64,000 nt of DNA from a virus: the IMG/VR virus record IMGVR_UViG_3300024999_000008, positions 4,417 through 68,416 of that record. One strand, written 5' to 3'. Position numbers and translations under genes: made by a program. The notes under the pieces were generated by a model that did not search any database, was not told where the DNA came from, and worked only from the letters and a program-made list of their open reading frames with translations. Shown one piece after another: positions 8,144-16,720 of this stretch (positions are counted from its first letter, which is position 1; every line of letters starts with the position of its first letter).

Positions 8144-9637
8144 TTAAGCTACATCTTTTTCAAGCATTTGATCTACTTGCCATTGTTCATAAGCAACCTT
8201 TCGGGCCTTGTCAAAAGTATGAGGCCAGCAAGCTTCACATTTGCTCACATCAAGTTGATGCAATGCCCGAGATGCGGCTACATACAAGATGTTGGTTTCC
8301 TCTGTAGTAGGGTTACCGTTATCACTTGGGACTTTGAAATCATTGGCCAGCCTCACTCTAGACCATTCCAAGCCTTTTGCTTTATGTGCAGTAGTTATGG
8401 TTACGTCAGCTTCGTTTGGATCTTCTACAGTTGATTCAAGAATACTTAGCAAGCGTTCCCTGCCATAGAGTTCGATCAATTTGAGGATAGGTTTAATGTC
8501 TCCGCCCATTGGAGAATCAGCATATTCTTTCAAATCTGCGAAGCTCTTAAAAAGGAAAAGGTCTGGATGATTTGAATATCCCTGAATTTTGAGCTGAACT
8601 ATAGAGTTGATAAGATATGTAAGTTGTTGCGTTCCACCCAGGATGTGGACAGACAGATTTTTGCCAAGAGCTTCGATTGTTTCTGCAATAATTCCTTTGT
8701 TTGTCCGACATAAGATTGCGTCTACGGCTGGAAGTGGTTCATAATGAATAGATGATGTAACGTCGTCGTTGCCATGGAATGGTACATACTCGAACTGATA
8801 TGGATAGTATCCCGTAATTATGGTATTTGCCATATTGGCAATGTTTTCACCAAAACGAAAACTTCTAGTAATGTATAGCTTTGCAAGATTGTCATCCTGG
8901 AGTGCATTAACGGCCCCACGCCAACTGTAGATTTGTTGGAAACAGTCGCCAACGAAGATCTTTTGACAACTTTGATTCTTGATTACTTGTGCAATGACTG
9001 GATTGCTATCTTGATATTCGTCAAAGAAGATGAAGTCTTTATTGATAATTGGATTTGTGAGGGCCCAGATTTTGAGATAAACATCATGAGTGATTGGCAT
9101 AGGCTTGCTTATGTCAGCCATTTCGTTAAACACTAGATTCGCGTGTTGAACCAAATCTTCACGCATAACTTCCAGATCTGAGTCTTGTAAGATTGTTAGG
9201 CGTGGCAAATGTTTGTACTGAATAACTTCGTCACTAGAATAACAGTATTTGCGAATCGTATTTAGGATTAAGTAACCTTTGTTGGCTGGACTATTGTATA
9301 ACTGCCATTCTCCAATGTAGAAAGTATCCGCTAGTTGTTTGCCTGTCAATTTGCTGAGCTTCTTCTTGTATTTGTAGCCAACTGTGCCGTATGCTAATGC
9401 ATGGCCGGTTTTACACATTATGTTGCTGGAAAACTTGGTTGCAGCTTCCTGGGCTAGGAGTTTGTTGAATGAGATGGACAGTCCATATCCTGACATTTTG
9501 CGAGCCATTGCAAGCAGCAGGAATGTTTTGCCACTTCCAGGAGGTGCTTGAATGGCATAATTATTGCCATCAAGAATAGTGTTGACGTGAGCTTCTTGTT
9601 CGGTGGTAAGAGTTTTACCTTTGTATTTCATTACCAT
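8144..9637 (-). CDS. UvrD/Rep-like superfamily 1 helicase
   Basis: APPGSGKT, FFDEYQD, VGDCFQQIYSWRGA, SFRFG, TAHKAKGLEW, LYVAASRA motifs. Confidence 0.9.
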   Translation of the reverse strand: MVMKYKGKTLTTEQEAHVNTILDGNNYAIQAPPGSGKTFLLLAMARKMSGYGLSISFNKLLAQEAATKFSSNIMCKTGHALAYGTVGYKYKKKLSKLTGKQLADTFYIGEWQLYNSPANKGYLILNTIRKYCYSSDEVIQYKHLPRLTILQDSDLEVMREDLVQHANLVFNEMADISKPMPITHDVYLKIWALTNPIINKDFIFFDEYQDSNPVIAQVIKNQSCQKIFVGDCFQQIYSWRGAVNALQDDNLAKLYITRSFRFGENIANMANTIITGYYPYQFEYVPFHGNDDVTSSIHYEPLPAVDAILCRTNKGIIAETIEALGKNLSVHILGGTQQLTYLINSIVQLKIQGYSNHPDLFLFKSFADLKEYADSPMGGDIKPILKLIELYGRERLLSILESTVEDPNEADVTITTAHKAKGLEWSRVRLANDFKVPSDNGNPTTEETNILYVAASRALHQLDVSKCEACWPHTFDKARKVAYEQWQVDQMLEKDVA

Positions 9638-9639
9638 GA

Positions 9640-10215
9640 CTAAACCTCATTCATTTCTCTTAAAGTTGCCATAAATTTCTTGTACTCTTTTAAAACTTTT
9701 CCAACGTAAACAAGCTGCTCTACTAAAGATCTACATTCATCTTCAACATATTCTTTTGATCTGATTTGAGAATCATCAAAATATAAAGAATCAATCTTAT
9801 AGAGGTATTCCCATTCTTTTGGAAGAAAATATTTTTTTACTGCTTCCCAGTCTTTACCATCACCATAATGGCCACAATCAAAGCCAAACCACCAAATAGG
9901 ATCAATTTGTAGTGTTGGATATTTATTAGAGGTTCCAGAATATGTGATGCCTCCATGTACGTTGAAAAGAATACCTGGTGATACATCTTCACCATCCCAG
10001 CAAAATAAACTTATTATGCTTCTTTTACCTGAAGGAGAATTTTTAATTTCTTGAAGAAGTTCTGGATTATTTAAGTTGGTATTATAGTCAACATTGTATA
10101 ATGGGTGTTCTGGAGGAACTCCAACATAACCACAGCGATGCCCTAGAGAACCTAAAATTACGCAGCATTTCAGGTTGTTGTAATAAAAAAGTGATTCAAT
10201 TCTATAAGTTGGCAT
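9640..10215 (-). CDS. conserved phage hypothetical protein
   Basis: GHRCGYVGVP...VHGGITYS...WWFGFDCGHYGD pattern typical of a widespread phage family. Confidence 0.75.
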   Translation of the reverse strand: MPTYRIESLFYYNNLKCCVILGSLGHRCGYVGVPPEHPLYNVDYNTNLNNPELLQEIKNSPSGKRSIISLFCWDGEDVSPGILFNVHGGITYSGTSNKYPTLQIDPIWWFGFDCGHYGDGKDWEAVKKYFLPKEWEYLYKIDSLYFDDSQIRSKEYVEDECRSLVEQLVYVGKVLKEYKKFMATLREMNEV

Positions 10216-10227
10216 GTTAATTCTCCT

Positions 10228-10455
10228 TTAATAGTCATAATCTGGTTCATCCATCTCAGCATCTGGAACGTCTGCCTCGCAGCAATCAGTTACAGGACTG
10301 CCATAATCAGATGGATAGTGAACACCTGATTGTCCGCCTGTGCAATGAGTGCCTGAATAGCTAAATGAATCGTCTAAGGCAATTATGCGACAGGACTGAT
10401 TGCAGGCTGAACAAAGAAAGTTAGTTGGTGTCTTATAGTGTGGGAGGTTTTTCAT
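10228..10455 (-). CDS. small Cys-rich hypothetical protein
   Basis: CSAC...DCC, 75 aa. Confidence 0.6.
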   Translation of the reverse strand: MKNLPHYKTPTNFLCSACNQSCRIIALDDSFSYSGTHCTGGQSGVHYPSDYGSPVTDCCEADVPDAEMDEPDYDY

Positions 10456-10465
10456 ATTAGGCTAA

Positions 10466-10678
10466 TTAATTCTCTTGCTTTGTTGAGTTATTTAATAAAG
10501 CATTTATTTCAGTAATAAATTCTAACCTATGATTTTCAGGTACTTCCATTTCTATCGAGTCGTGGACTACCATTGCATGACCTCCATATCTGTTAGTTAT
10601 TTCTATAATAGATTCGTAGAAATTAGTTAATTTATCAGCATCTTCTTTTTGCTGTTGTACGAATTTTATTTTTAGCAT
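10466..10678 (-). CDS. hypothetical protein
   Basis: 70 aa with RBS. Confidence 0.55.
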   Translation of the reverse strand: MLKIKFVQQQKEDADKLTNFYESIIEITNRYGGHAMVVHDSIEMEVPENHRLEFITEINALLNNSTKQEN

Positions 10679-10693
10679 TTTGTAAGTTCCTTT

Positions 10694-10882
10694 TTACATT
10701 AGCTCAGTTAAGAAATCTGGTTCTAATCCAAAGTATTCTTCACAAACATTCTCGGCGGCTTCAAGATCATTAGAAGCTATATATTCTTGCAAGGCTTCCA
10801 TGGCTTGGTTGATCAAATCTTGTGCTTCAAGTGCAGATATGCCGTCACGTCGCATTAGGACTTCTTTGATAGATTCGCACAT
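10694..10882 (-). CDS. conserved small phage protein
   Basis: VLMRRDGIS..EA...EEYFGLEPDF pattern. Confidence 0.65.
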   Translation of the reverse strand: MCESIKEVLMRRDGISALEAQDLINQAMEALQEYIASNDLEAAENVCEEYFGLEPDFLTELM

Positions 10883-10904
10883 AGTTTAAGCCTCTTGATT
10901 TTAG

Positions 10905-11156
10905 TTATTCCAGATCATTCAAAGTTAGTCCTTTGGTTTGGCTGAATTTCTGTCGTACAAATTCTGTGGATGCCTGACTTGGTGGAGATTTTGGATCTGT
11001 GCAAAGATAAATAATTCCGTAGTAGAAAGTAAATTTGATAAGCTGACTAGTTGTTGTTAATTCAGCTGGATCTATACCTTTAGCCAGTAGGCCATCACGT
11101 GCCTTGGCGAGGTCTTCAATGGTCATGCGGGTTGAAACTACGCGGGCTTTGCTCAT
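10905..11156 (-). CDS. putative ribbon-helix-helix DNA-binding protein
   Basis: VVSTRM strand, helix, then TTSQLIK; paralog of 11652 and 15492 ORFs. Confidence 0.5.
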   Translation of the reverse strand: MSKARVVSTRMTIEDLAKARDGLLAKGIDPAELTTTSQLIKFTFYYGIIYLCTDPKSPPSQASTEFVRQKFSQTKGLTLNDLE

Positions 11157-11157
11157 G

Positions 11158-11655
11158 TTATAACTCCATTAATAATAATAATTTAATTCGTTCTAAGTCT
11201 TTTTCTAATTTTAGATTATATATTGGTATCTTATAATGATTTGCAATGCTTATTGCTGTTCCCGTACCTCCAGTTTTAATGCTACGATCTTTATGACTAG
11301 TACAGCCATCAGGTGTCCAACAGATTAAAAAATTACTTAAAGTAGATAAGTCTTTTCCAAGAACTTGAAAAGAATTTCTTCCATGCAACTGTTTAGCATA
11401 ATTAGTGCATCTATTCCATGCTGGATGAAATTGTGATGCAATCTTCATAGCCTCTGGCGTACAGTCTTCTGCTTTGTAAATCTCTTTTAAACCATTTCCT
11501 AACTTGCAGCCGCGTTCAAATGCATTATCAGCTCCAACAGCTTCGCCTGAACGAAGAGTAAAACCTTTTAATGCTAATTGAGTTGCAATATCTTTGATCA
11601 AAGATAAAATTTCTTTTGGAGTTTTTCTTGATCCAACTCCAGTATAGTATTTCAT
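11158..11655 (-). CDS. DprA/Smf-like SLOG-fold protein
   Basis: YTGVGSRKTP, LRSGEAVGADNAFE, HPAW, LICWTPDG, GGTGTAI. Confidence 0.8.
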   Translation of the reverse strand: MKYYTGVGSRKTPKEILSLIKDIATQLALKGFTLRSGEAVGADNAFERGCKLGNGLKEIYKAEDCTPEAMKIASQFHPAWNRCTNYAKQLHGRNSFQVLGKDLSTLSNFLICWTPDGCTSHKDRSIKTGGTGTAISIANHYKIPIYNLKLEKDLERIKLLLLMEL

Positions 11656-11918
11656 TTGTTCTCCTCATCTGCTAAGGATGCCAAGTTGATTTCTTTCTTT
11701 CTTGGGTTTAAGATGAAAACTTGGATTTCTTGCATAATATCTGGAGCTACTTCATCTGTTTGGCTGAGCGTCATTTTTGCCAGGTAATCTGTGTAAACTA
11801 TCTTAACTAGTTGCGATAGACTAGTAAGTTGAAAGTTCGGCTCCAGGCTGCGGACAGTTTGCAGGCTGCGAGCAAGTTGATTGGGAGTGAGGCGAAATGT
11901 TATGATTGGACTTGACAT
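11652..11918 (-). CDS. putative ribbon-helix-helix DNA-binding protein
   Basis: MSSPIITFRL...QLA...LEPN...SLSQLVK. Confidence 0.55.
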   Translation of the reverse strand: MSSPIITFRLTPNQLARSLQTVRSLEPNFQLTSLSQLVKIVYTDYLAKMTLSQTDEVAPDIMQEIQVFILNPRKKEINLASLADEENK

Positions 11919-11946
11919 TGTAATGTTCCTATTAGTTGAAAAATAT

Positions 11947-12282
11947 TTAATCTTTAACTTTTCTAAACATTGCAGGTGGTATCATGCCAGGAAAGGCAGT
12001 TATTTCAGCAAATCTGATGTTATTCAAGAAAAGATGAAATAACTTATCTTGAATAGTGGCATCACACATTAAGAATGGATGAGTAAGTTCTTCGAATATC
12101 TTAATGGATTTAACTGGAATGTATGTATCACATATTTCAGCCAATTTAATAGTAATATATTTATCATCATTATTAAGACGGATATAGAAACGACGACGAA
12201 TAGATTTAAGTCTCTTGTAGGGATCTTTACTTTTGCAAGCTCTAATAAATAGTTGGTCTATTTTAGTCATTTTAGTTACCAA
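11947..12282 (-). CDS. hypothetical protein
   Basis: 111-aa ORF. Confidence 0.6.
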   Translation of the reverse strand: MVTKMTKIDQLFIRACKSKDPYKRLKSIRRRFYIRLNNDDKYITIKLAEICDTYIPVKSIKIFEELTHPFLMCDATIQDKLFHLFLNNIRFAEITAFPGMIPPAMFRKVKD

Positions 12283-12718
12283 TAGTTTGAGTTGCTTTAA
12301 AGGTTTGAATGATCGCTTGTTGTTGTTCTTTACTTAGGGTGGAAAGAATCTGCTGGCAAAGAAGCTCAATGTTGACTGGTTCACTAGTTTTTGGCACTCT
12401 TATCTTGGTTGATTCTTTCATTTTGATTGAGTGCTTATTCATGTTGAGATTATAGTCTATAGCTTGATAAATGCTGGCTACGTCTTTCCAGGCTTCGTAG
12501 GCTTTATGGTAAGCATCTTGAAGAGTTGATTTTTCCTTGTTCAGTGGGATGAGCTCGGCTTTGGTTGATTCTAACAATGTGGATAGTTCCTTCTGGTAGC
12601 AGGTCTTGCAAAGATGTTCGGACAAATCAATCTTGTGAAGGTTGTGAATTTCTCTTTCACTTAAGTTGAAGGCGATTGCTTCATTGAGTGTGTTGCAAAC
12701 TGGACAGAGTTTTTTCAT
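12272..12718 (-). CDS. zinc-finger/coiled-coil hypothetical protein
   Basis: CPVC...CKTC followed by a helical region; AAGGAG RBS. Confidence 0.65.
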   Translation of the reverse strand: MKKLCPVCNTLNEAIAFNLSEREIHNLHKIDLSEHLCKTCYQKELSTLLESTKAELIPLNKEKSTLQDAYHKAYEAWKDVASIYQAIDYNLNMNKHSIKMKESTKIRVPKTSEPVNIELLCQQILSTLSKEQQQAIIQTFKATQTIGN

Positions 12719-12729
12719 GGCTAAGCTCC

Positions 12730-13047
12730 TTAGAATGGACAGCCTGCAAAAGATCCAGGGCCTGTTTGTTCAGGAAAATATTTTCCAGTAGTTTTTATTT
12801 CTGTAAGTATTTTAATAATATCAACTAAGCTCTCTTCTTTACCTAAGCAACAAGCGCCTTCAGTTTTTTCTTCCTCATTTAAGGGAGTAAATTTATGTCT
12901 GTTATCTGTAACTAAGGAAAAGCTCCAGTAAGTTAATAACTCTTCCTCTAGGTCTATTTTCTTAATATAAGCTGTCATTGTATCTTCATCTTCAAACACA
13001 TAGGTAAACTCGTGTCCTTGGAAAGACATAATCTCTTCTGCTGTCAT
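12730..13047 (-). CDS. hypothetical protein
   Basis: 105 aa, coupled to the upstream stop (TAATG). Confidence 0.6.
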   Translation of the reverse strand: MTAEEIMSFQGHEFTYVFEDEDTMTAYIKKIDLEEELLTYWSFSLVTDNRHKFTPLNEEEKTEGACCLGKEESLVDIIKILTEIKTTGKYFPEQTGPGSFAGCPF

Positions 13048-13283
13048 TATGACCTCCGCAAAATCTTGAAGATTTCATTACTGTGGGATTGCTTAGTCAG
13101 GGTTTGTTTCTGAAATCTCAAGGTGTTGCCTGCTTTGAGCCAGTTAATAAGTTCAAAGTATGTTACATTGGCAAGGTATTTCCATCCCATGTGGGTTCCA
13201 AATCTGTTGTAGAAACGAATTGTTTTGCCTTTCATAATGGTTGTGGCCTCATTCAGTGTAAATTTTTTACAATGACCGTTCAC
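13047..13283 (-). CDS. hypothetical protein
   Basis: 78-aa ORF. Confidence 0.5.
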   Translation of the reverse strand: MNGHCKKFTLNEATTIMKGKTIRFYNRFGTHMGWKYLANVTYFELINWLKAGNTLRFQKQTLTKQSHSNEIFKILRRS

Positions 13284-13325
13284 AAGTGAACAGTGAAACT
13301 AAACATTTAGCAATATCAAGAGTAT

Positions 13326-13478
13326 TTACTGTAGGTTGATCTTAATCTCTATTTCATCAGCAACTACAATGCCCATATTAATTGCTGCATTAACTTCATC
13401 TTCGCCGAACAGAATAATTGCAGTCAATAAGAAATCATGTTTGAAAGGATCAGTTATAAGCCAGTCAATGATGTTCAT
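13326..13478 (-). CDS. hypothetical protein (50 aa, not in ORF track)
   Basis: MNIIDWLITDPFKHDF..., AAGGAG RBS. Confidence 0.55.
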   Translation of the reverse strand: MNIIDWLITDPFKHDFLLTAIILFGEDEVNAAINMGIVVADEIEIKINLQ

Positions 13479-13498
13479 GTTTGCTCCTTGGTTGAAGA

Positions 13499-13699
13499 TT
13501 ACATTTTGGATGGATTAACTTGCAAGGCGTCAACAATTGGTTGAAAGACTTCCTTGGCTTCGTTAATTCCAAAGAAGATTAGCAAGGCAACTGTTGCTAT
13601 TGCTCCAAATGTCCAAAGAATTCCAAGGCAAATAGACTCGGTATGCATGGCTTCAAGCGGTGTGAAATGGTTCTTATTGTTGCTTGGATTAGATTTCAT
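13499..13699 (-). CDS. small membrane protein
   Basis: ICLGILWTFGAIATVALLIFFGI transmembrane segment; AAGGAG RBS. Confidence 0.6.
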   Translation of the reverse strand: MKSNPSNNKNHFTPLEAMHTESICLGILWTFGAIATVALLIFFGINEAKEVFQPIVDALQVNPSKM

Positions 13700-13814
13700 G
13701 TTTGGCTCCTTTGTTGAGGTTATTAAATTGACTAACTCATAACCAGGGCAAAAGCTTAATATTGCAAAGCTTAATATTGCAAAGTCTTTGCCCCTGGTGA
13801 TTAGGCAGTCAATC

Positions 13815-14084
13815 TTATTTAATACTTACCAGCTGGCCGTCCTTCATCTGTCCCTGGCCGTACCATTTGTGAGCCTCTGGATAATGTGGGCCTTCCAGAT
13901 AGATGGTTCCGTTCGCTGGAACACCTGGTCCAAATGGCCCGGGCTGGAAGCAAGTTATCTTTGTTCCGGCTGCAATGGCTTGTTTAATTTCTTTCTTTGT
14001 CCGATAGTTATGGGTGGTATATGCCATGCTTGTTCTCCCTTGACTGGCTGATGTTAAGAATGGCTGGTGGTTACATGTAGGCAA
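13815..14084 (-). CDS. conserved small phage protein (probable start at MAYTT)
   Basis: NYRTKKEIKQAI...FQPGPFG...LEGPHYPEAHKWY. Confidence 0.65.
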   Translation of the reverse strand: MPTCNHQPFLTSASQGRTSMAYTTHNYRTKKEIKQAIAAGTKITCFQPGPFGPGVPANGTIYLEGPHYPEAHKWYGQGQMKDGQLVSIK

Positions 14085-14110
14085 CTTCGTTGCTTGGAGT
14101 GATTAAATAA

Positions 14111-14311
14111 CTATGAATCCTTATCTTCTTTGCAGACGCTACTAATTATTATGTGTTCTTTACTTTTGTTTTGCTCTGCCTGGCAGGCTTTGCAACAATT
14201 AACTAATTCATTTTTAAGTCTGCTGTCTCGGCAGATGCGTAAAGTTGGTTGGTGGCAGAAATTACAGGGAAATGGTTTCATGGTAGCTCCTATCAAGGTT
14301 GTGAGGATCAA
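14111..14311 (-). CDS. Cys-rich hypothetical protein
   Basis: CNFC...CCKAC. Confidence 0.5.
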   Translation of the reverse strand: MILTTLIGATMKPFPCNFCHQPTLRICRDSRLKNELVNCCKACQAEQNKSKEHIIISSVCKEDKDS

Positions 14312-14733
14312 ATCTGTTTGGTGGGCCAGATATATTCTTGGCTTGTATCTTCTGTCCAGTCATATTTACTATAGAAAACAAAATCTTTTCGTAACAAATT
14401 CGATCTATGGGATGAGCAGAATTGTTCAGTTAGCCAGGATGGTTTGATGTAACAGTTTTTCATAAAAACTCCGGCTGAATTACACTTATATTTCATGGTG
14501 TTTCTAAATCCTCGCATGATCCAAGTTGCTATAGCAATATCATGATAGGCTTTAAGTGATTCTTCGTAACCTTTCCACATTTTGACGGCTGGATGATTGC
14601 GCCATCTAGACTGGCTGGATGATTCTAATGCAGTGAGGATTTGCATTGCTTCAACTCTTTGCTTACCGAGGCGCTTGTTATCTAAGCAAGCTAATGATTT
14701 GGTGAAGGATTGGTAAGGTAGAAAGGTTTGCAT
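14308..14733 (-). CDS. pyrimidine-dimer DNA glycosylase / T4 endonuclease V-like protein
   Basis: MQTFLPY...LDNKRLGKQRVEAMQIL...HPAVKMWKGY...SHRSNLLRKD. Confidence 0.85.
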   Translation of the reverse strand: MQTFLPYQSFTKSLACLDNKRLGKQRVEAMQILTALESSSQSRWRNHPAVKMWKGYEESLKAYHDIAIATWIMRGFRNTMKYKCNSAGVFMKNCYIKPSWLTEQFCSSHRSNLLRKDFVFYSKYDWTEDTSQEYIWPTKQI

Positions 14734-14736
14734 GAA

Positions 14737-14955
14737 TTACCTCCTGGATTTGATCATTCTAAGCATTTTATCTGCCAATCTGCGGCTGACAATACTGACT
14801 GTTAGGTTAAGGTATTCTTTTTGGTCAGCTTTGCAATGCCTGATTAATTGTTTGAACAGGCTGGCTGCTTCTGACCATCGTAAGGCTGGCCAGGCACTTA
14901 TTTGGTTTGGCTTTAACTGTTGCATGAGAGTCTCCAGGCGAATTGGCTTAACCAT
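14737..14955 (-). CDS. hypothetical protein
   Basis: 72-aa ORF. Confidence 0.5.
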   Translation of the reverse strand: MVKPIRLETLMQQLKPNQISAWPALRWSEAASLFKQLIRHCKADQKEYLNLTVSIVSRRLADKMLRMIKSRR

Positions 14956-15127
14956 CTATTTTTGATATTATGTATTCGAGGTCGAGAATGGTGATCATTA
15001 AGGTATCTTGATCCTGGCACTCACATTCCATGAGTTTTTCTCTGGCTGCCTTTAACACTCGTCGGATAGAAAGTGATCCTCGCGGATCATAAAGAACGGC
15101 GGGAATTGACTTTGCATAATTTGTCAT
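14948..15127 (-). CDS. hypothetical protein (59 aa, not in ORF track)
   Basis: MTNYAKSIPAVLYDPRG..., AGGAG RBS, directly downstream of a promoter. Confidence 0.55.
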   Translation of the reverse strand: MTNYAKSIPAVLYDPRGSLSIRRVLKAAREKLMECECQDQDTLMITILDLEYIISKIDG

Positions 15128-15194
15128 GATGTTTTACTCCTGTAAAGTTAATGGTTGGTTGTATGGTGGAAAAGTATAGGTATATCATAGGTAT

Positions 15195-15223
15195 AGTGTA
15201 ACGTATACATAGTGGTTTGTCAA
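15195..15223 (-). promoter_or_regulatory. sigma70-type promoter
   Basis: TTGACA-17 bp-TACACT. Confidence 0.75.
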
Positions 15224-15430
15224 CAAAAAACACGTAGGCGGTTTACGGTTGTGGCGTGTGCTACGTTGTGGTAGTTGGTCGGTGGTGTGTATATAGTATG
15301 GTGGCCGGCCGGAATAGGGCCGGGAAGGGCGTAGGATCGCCGTGGCTGAACGGTACAGGACGGTTGGTACGGTTGCATGGACGGTCGGGAACGTGGCGTG
15401 GTGGTCGTTGTAGGCCATTGTAGGGTTGTA

Positions 15431-15478
15431 ACGGGCATAACGTAAAAAAACCTTGTAATTTCAACCTGTTATGCCCGT
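15431..15478. repeat. 11-bp inverted repeat
   Basis: ACGGGCATAAC-26 nt-GTTATGCCCGT. Confidence 0.7.
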
Positions 15479-15491
15479 CCATTAGATGTGC

Positions 15492-16064
15492 TTATTCCTC
15501 GCTGTCTATCCAATCTTTCGGAGGGCTGAAGTCAGTTACAGTGGATATTTCTGAATCGGTGTTGTTTGGATCGTGAAATTCTGATGGTTTTGGAAGTCTT
15601 TGACCTGTTTGAAAAGATAACTCTATTTGTGTATCAATCTCTTTATCTTTTGCTTCTTGTTCTTCTCGTGCTTCACGTTTGATCTGTTCAAATAATCTGG
15701 CATCTTCAATGTCTCTTTGTATTTGTTGAGCTGACTTCTTTGCTTGTTCTTTTATCTGAAATGCTTGTTGGTCATACAATGGTTGATATTGCGCTTTTGC
15801 TTGGGCCATAATTTGTTGGATGGTTGTGTATGGGTCGATTCGATCTACTGGTAAGGCAATAATTGCCTCAATGGCTTTTATGTCTGCTTGAGCACATTCT
15901 AAAGACGTGTGAATGGAATGCTTTGATATCCAGTCGATGATTATTAGCTTGGCTGCTTGGGATAATGACGCTATTGGTTGGTTGGGTTCTAGAGTGACTA
16001 AGATTCTTAATGCTTTGGCGAGTTGGTAATGGTTGAGGCGAAAGGACATGTGAGGACTTGACAT
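15492..16064 (-). CDS. putative ribbon-helix-helix protein with coiled-coil/acidic C-terminus
   Basis: MSSPHMSFRL...QLAKAL...LEPN...SLSQAAK aligns with the 11652 ORF. Confidence 0.6.
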   Translation of the reverse strand: MSSPHMSFRLNHYQLAKALRILVTLEPNQPIASLSQAAKLIIIDWISKHSIHTSLECAQADIKAIEAIIALPVDRIDPYTTIQQIMAQAKAQYQPLYDQQAFQIKEQAKKSAQQIQRDIEDARLFEQIKREAREEQEAKDKEIDTQIELSFQTGQRLPKPSEFHDPNNTDSEISTVTDFSPPKDWIDSEE

Positions 16065-16133
16065 AATGGTGACTCCGTTGGTTGAGGTTGTTTAGATGGT
16101 GCGCTGTGGTGACAGGTGGTGTGGTTTGGTGAC

Positions 16134-16163
16134 AGTATAGCATGGGTTGGTGCCGGTTGTCAA
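16134..16163 (-). promoter_or_regulatory. sigma70-type promoter with extended -10
   Basis: TTGACA-18 bp-TATACT with TGn before the -10. Confidence 0.65.
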
Positions 16164-16305
16164 TGATTTTTTGTGTCCGGTTGGTGCCATTTTGGTGCCG
16201 GGTGGTAGTGTTTTGGTGACGTTTGGTGACAAGTTGCTTGTGTAAGTGGTTGATATTGTTGGGGATTTTGAGGGCTGTGTACGGTTGGCGTCAAAAGAGT
16301 CCGTG

Positions 16306-16415
16306 CGTACACCTCCCCCCCGCCCTTTGGTCCTAGTATTTAAGTATTTAATAAAAAAATTAAATACTAAAACAGACTACCCACCCTCCCTCACGACACA
16401 GGGGGGAGGTGTACG
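16306..16415. repeat. 15-bp perfect inverted repeat around an AT-rich hairpin
   Basis: CGTACACCTCCCCCC / GGGGGGAGGTGTACG; inner AGTATTTAAT-AAAAAA-ATTAAATACT. Confidence 0.85.
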
Positions 16416-16720
16416 GCTGGACACTATTGGACACTTTTGAACACACAGGAACGTAACTATTTGAAATGATTACCCTTTTTTAGTCACTCTGTCACCATCC
16501 GGTGCCAATATGGTGACAGGTGGTGCCAATTATGTGTGTCCAGGTGGTGCCAGAATGATAACAGGTGGTAAGGGTTTGGTGCCAGATGGTTACACTTGAT
16601 GACTGTTTTCTGTGTCCAGGTGGTTACAGGTGGTTACAAATGGCGACGTTTGGTGACACTAGCCCACCGTTTACCGTTCACCAAAGAACAGTCATATAAC
16701 CATCATCTAATCACTAGTCT

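Larger units (their letters stand above)
16067..16660 (+). repeat. two arrays of about 10-bp-phased TGGTG(A/C)CA-type repeats
   Basis: Copies at 16097,16107,16117,16127; 16182,16193,16214,16224; 16511,16521; 16577,16587; 16621,16631,16641,16651. Confidence 0.8.

Noticed and set aside
15185-15482. Three overlapping Pro/Thr/His-rich minus-strand ORFs
   Set aside because: No RBS, low complexity from G-skewed repeats, and they overlap a promoter.
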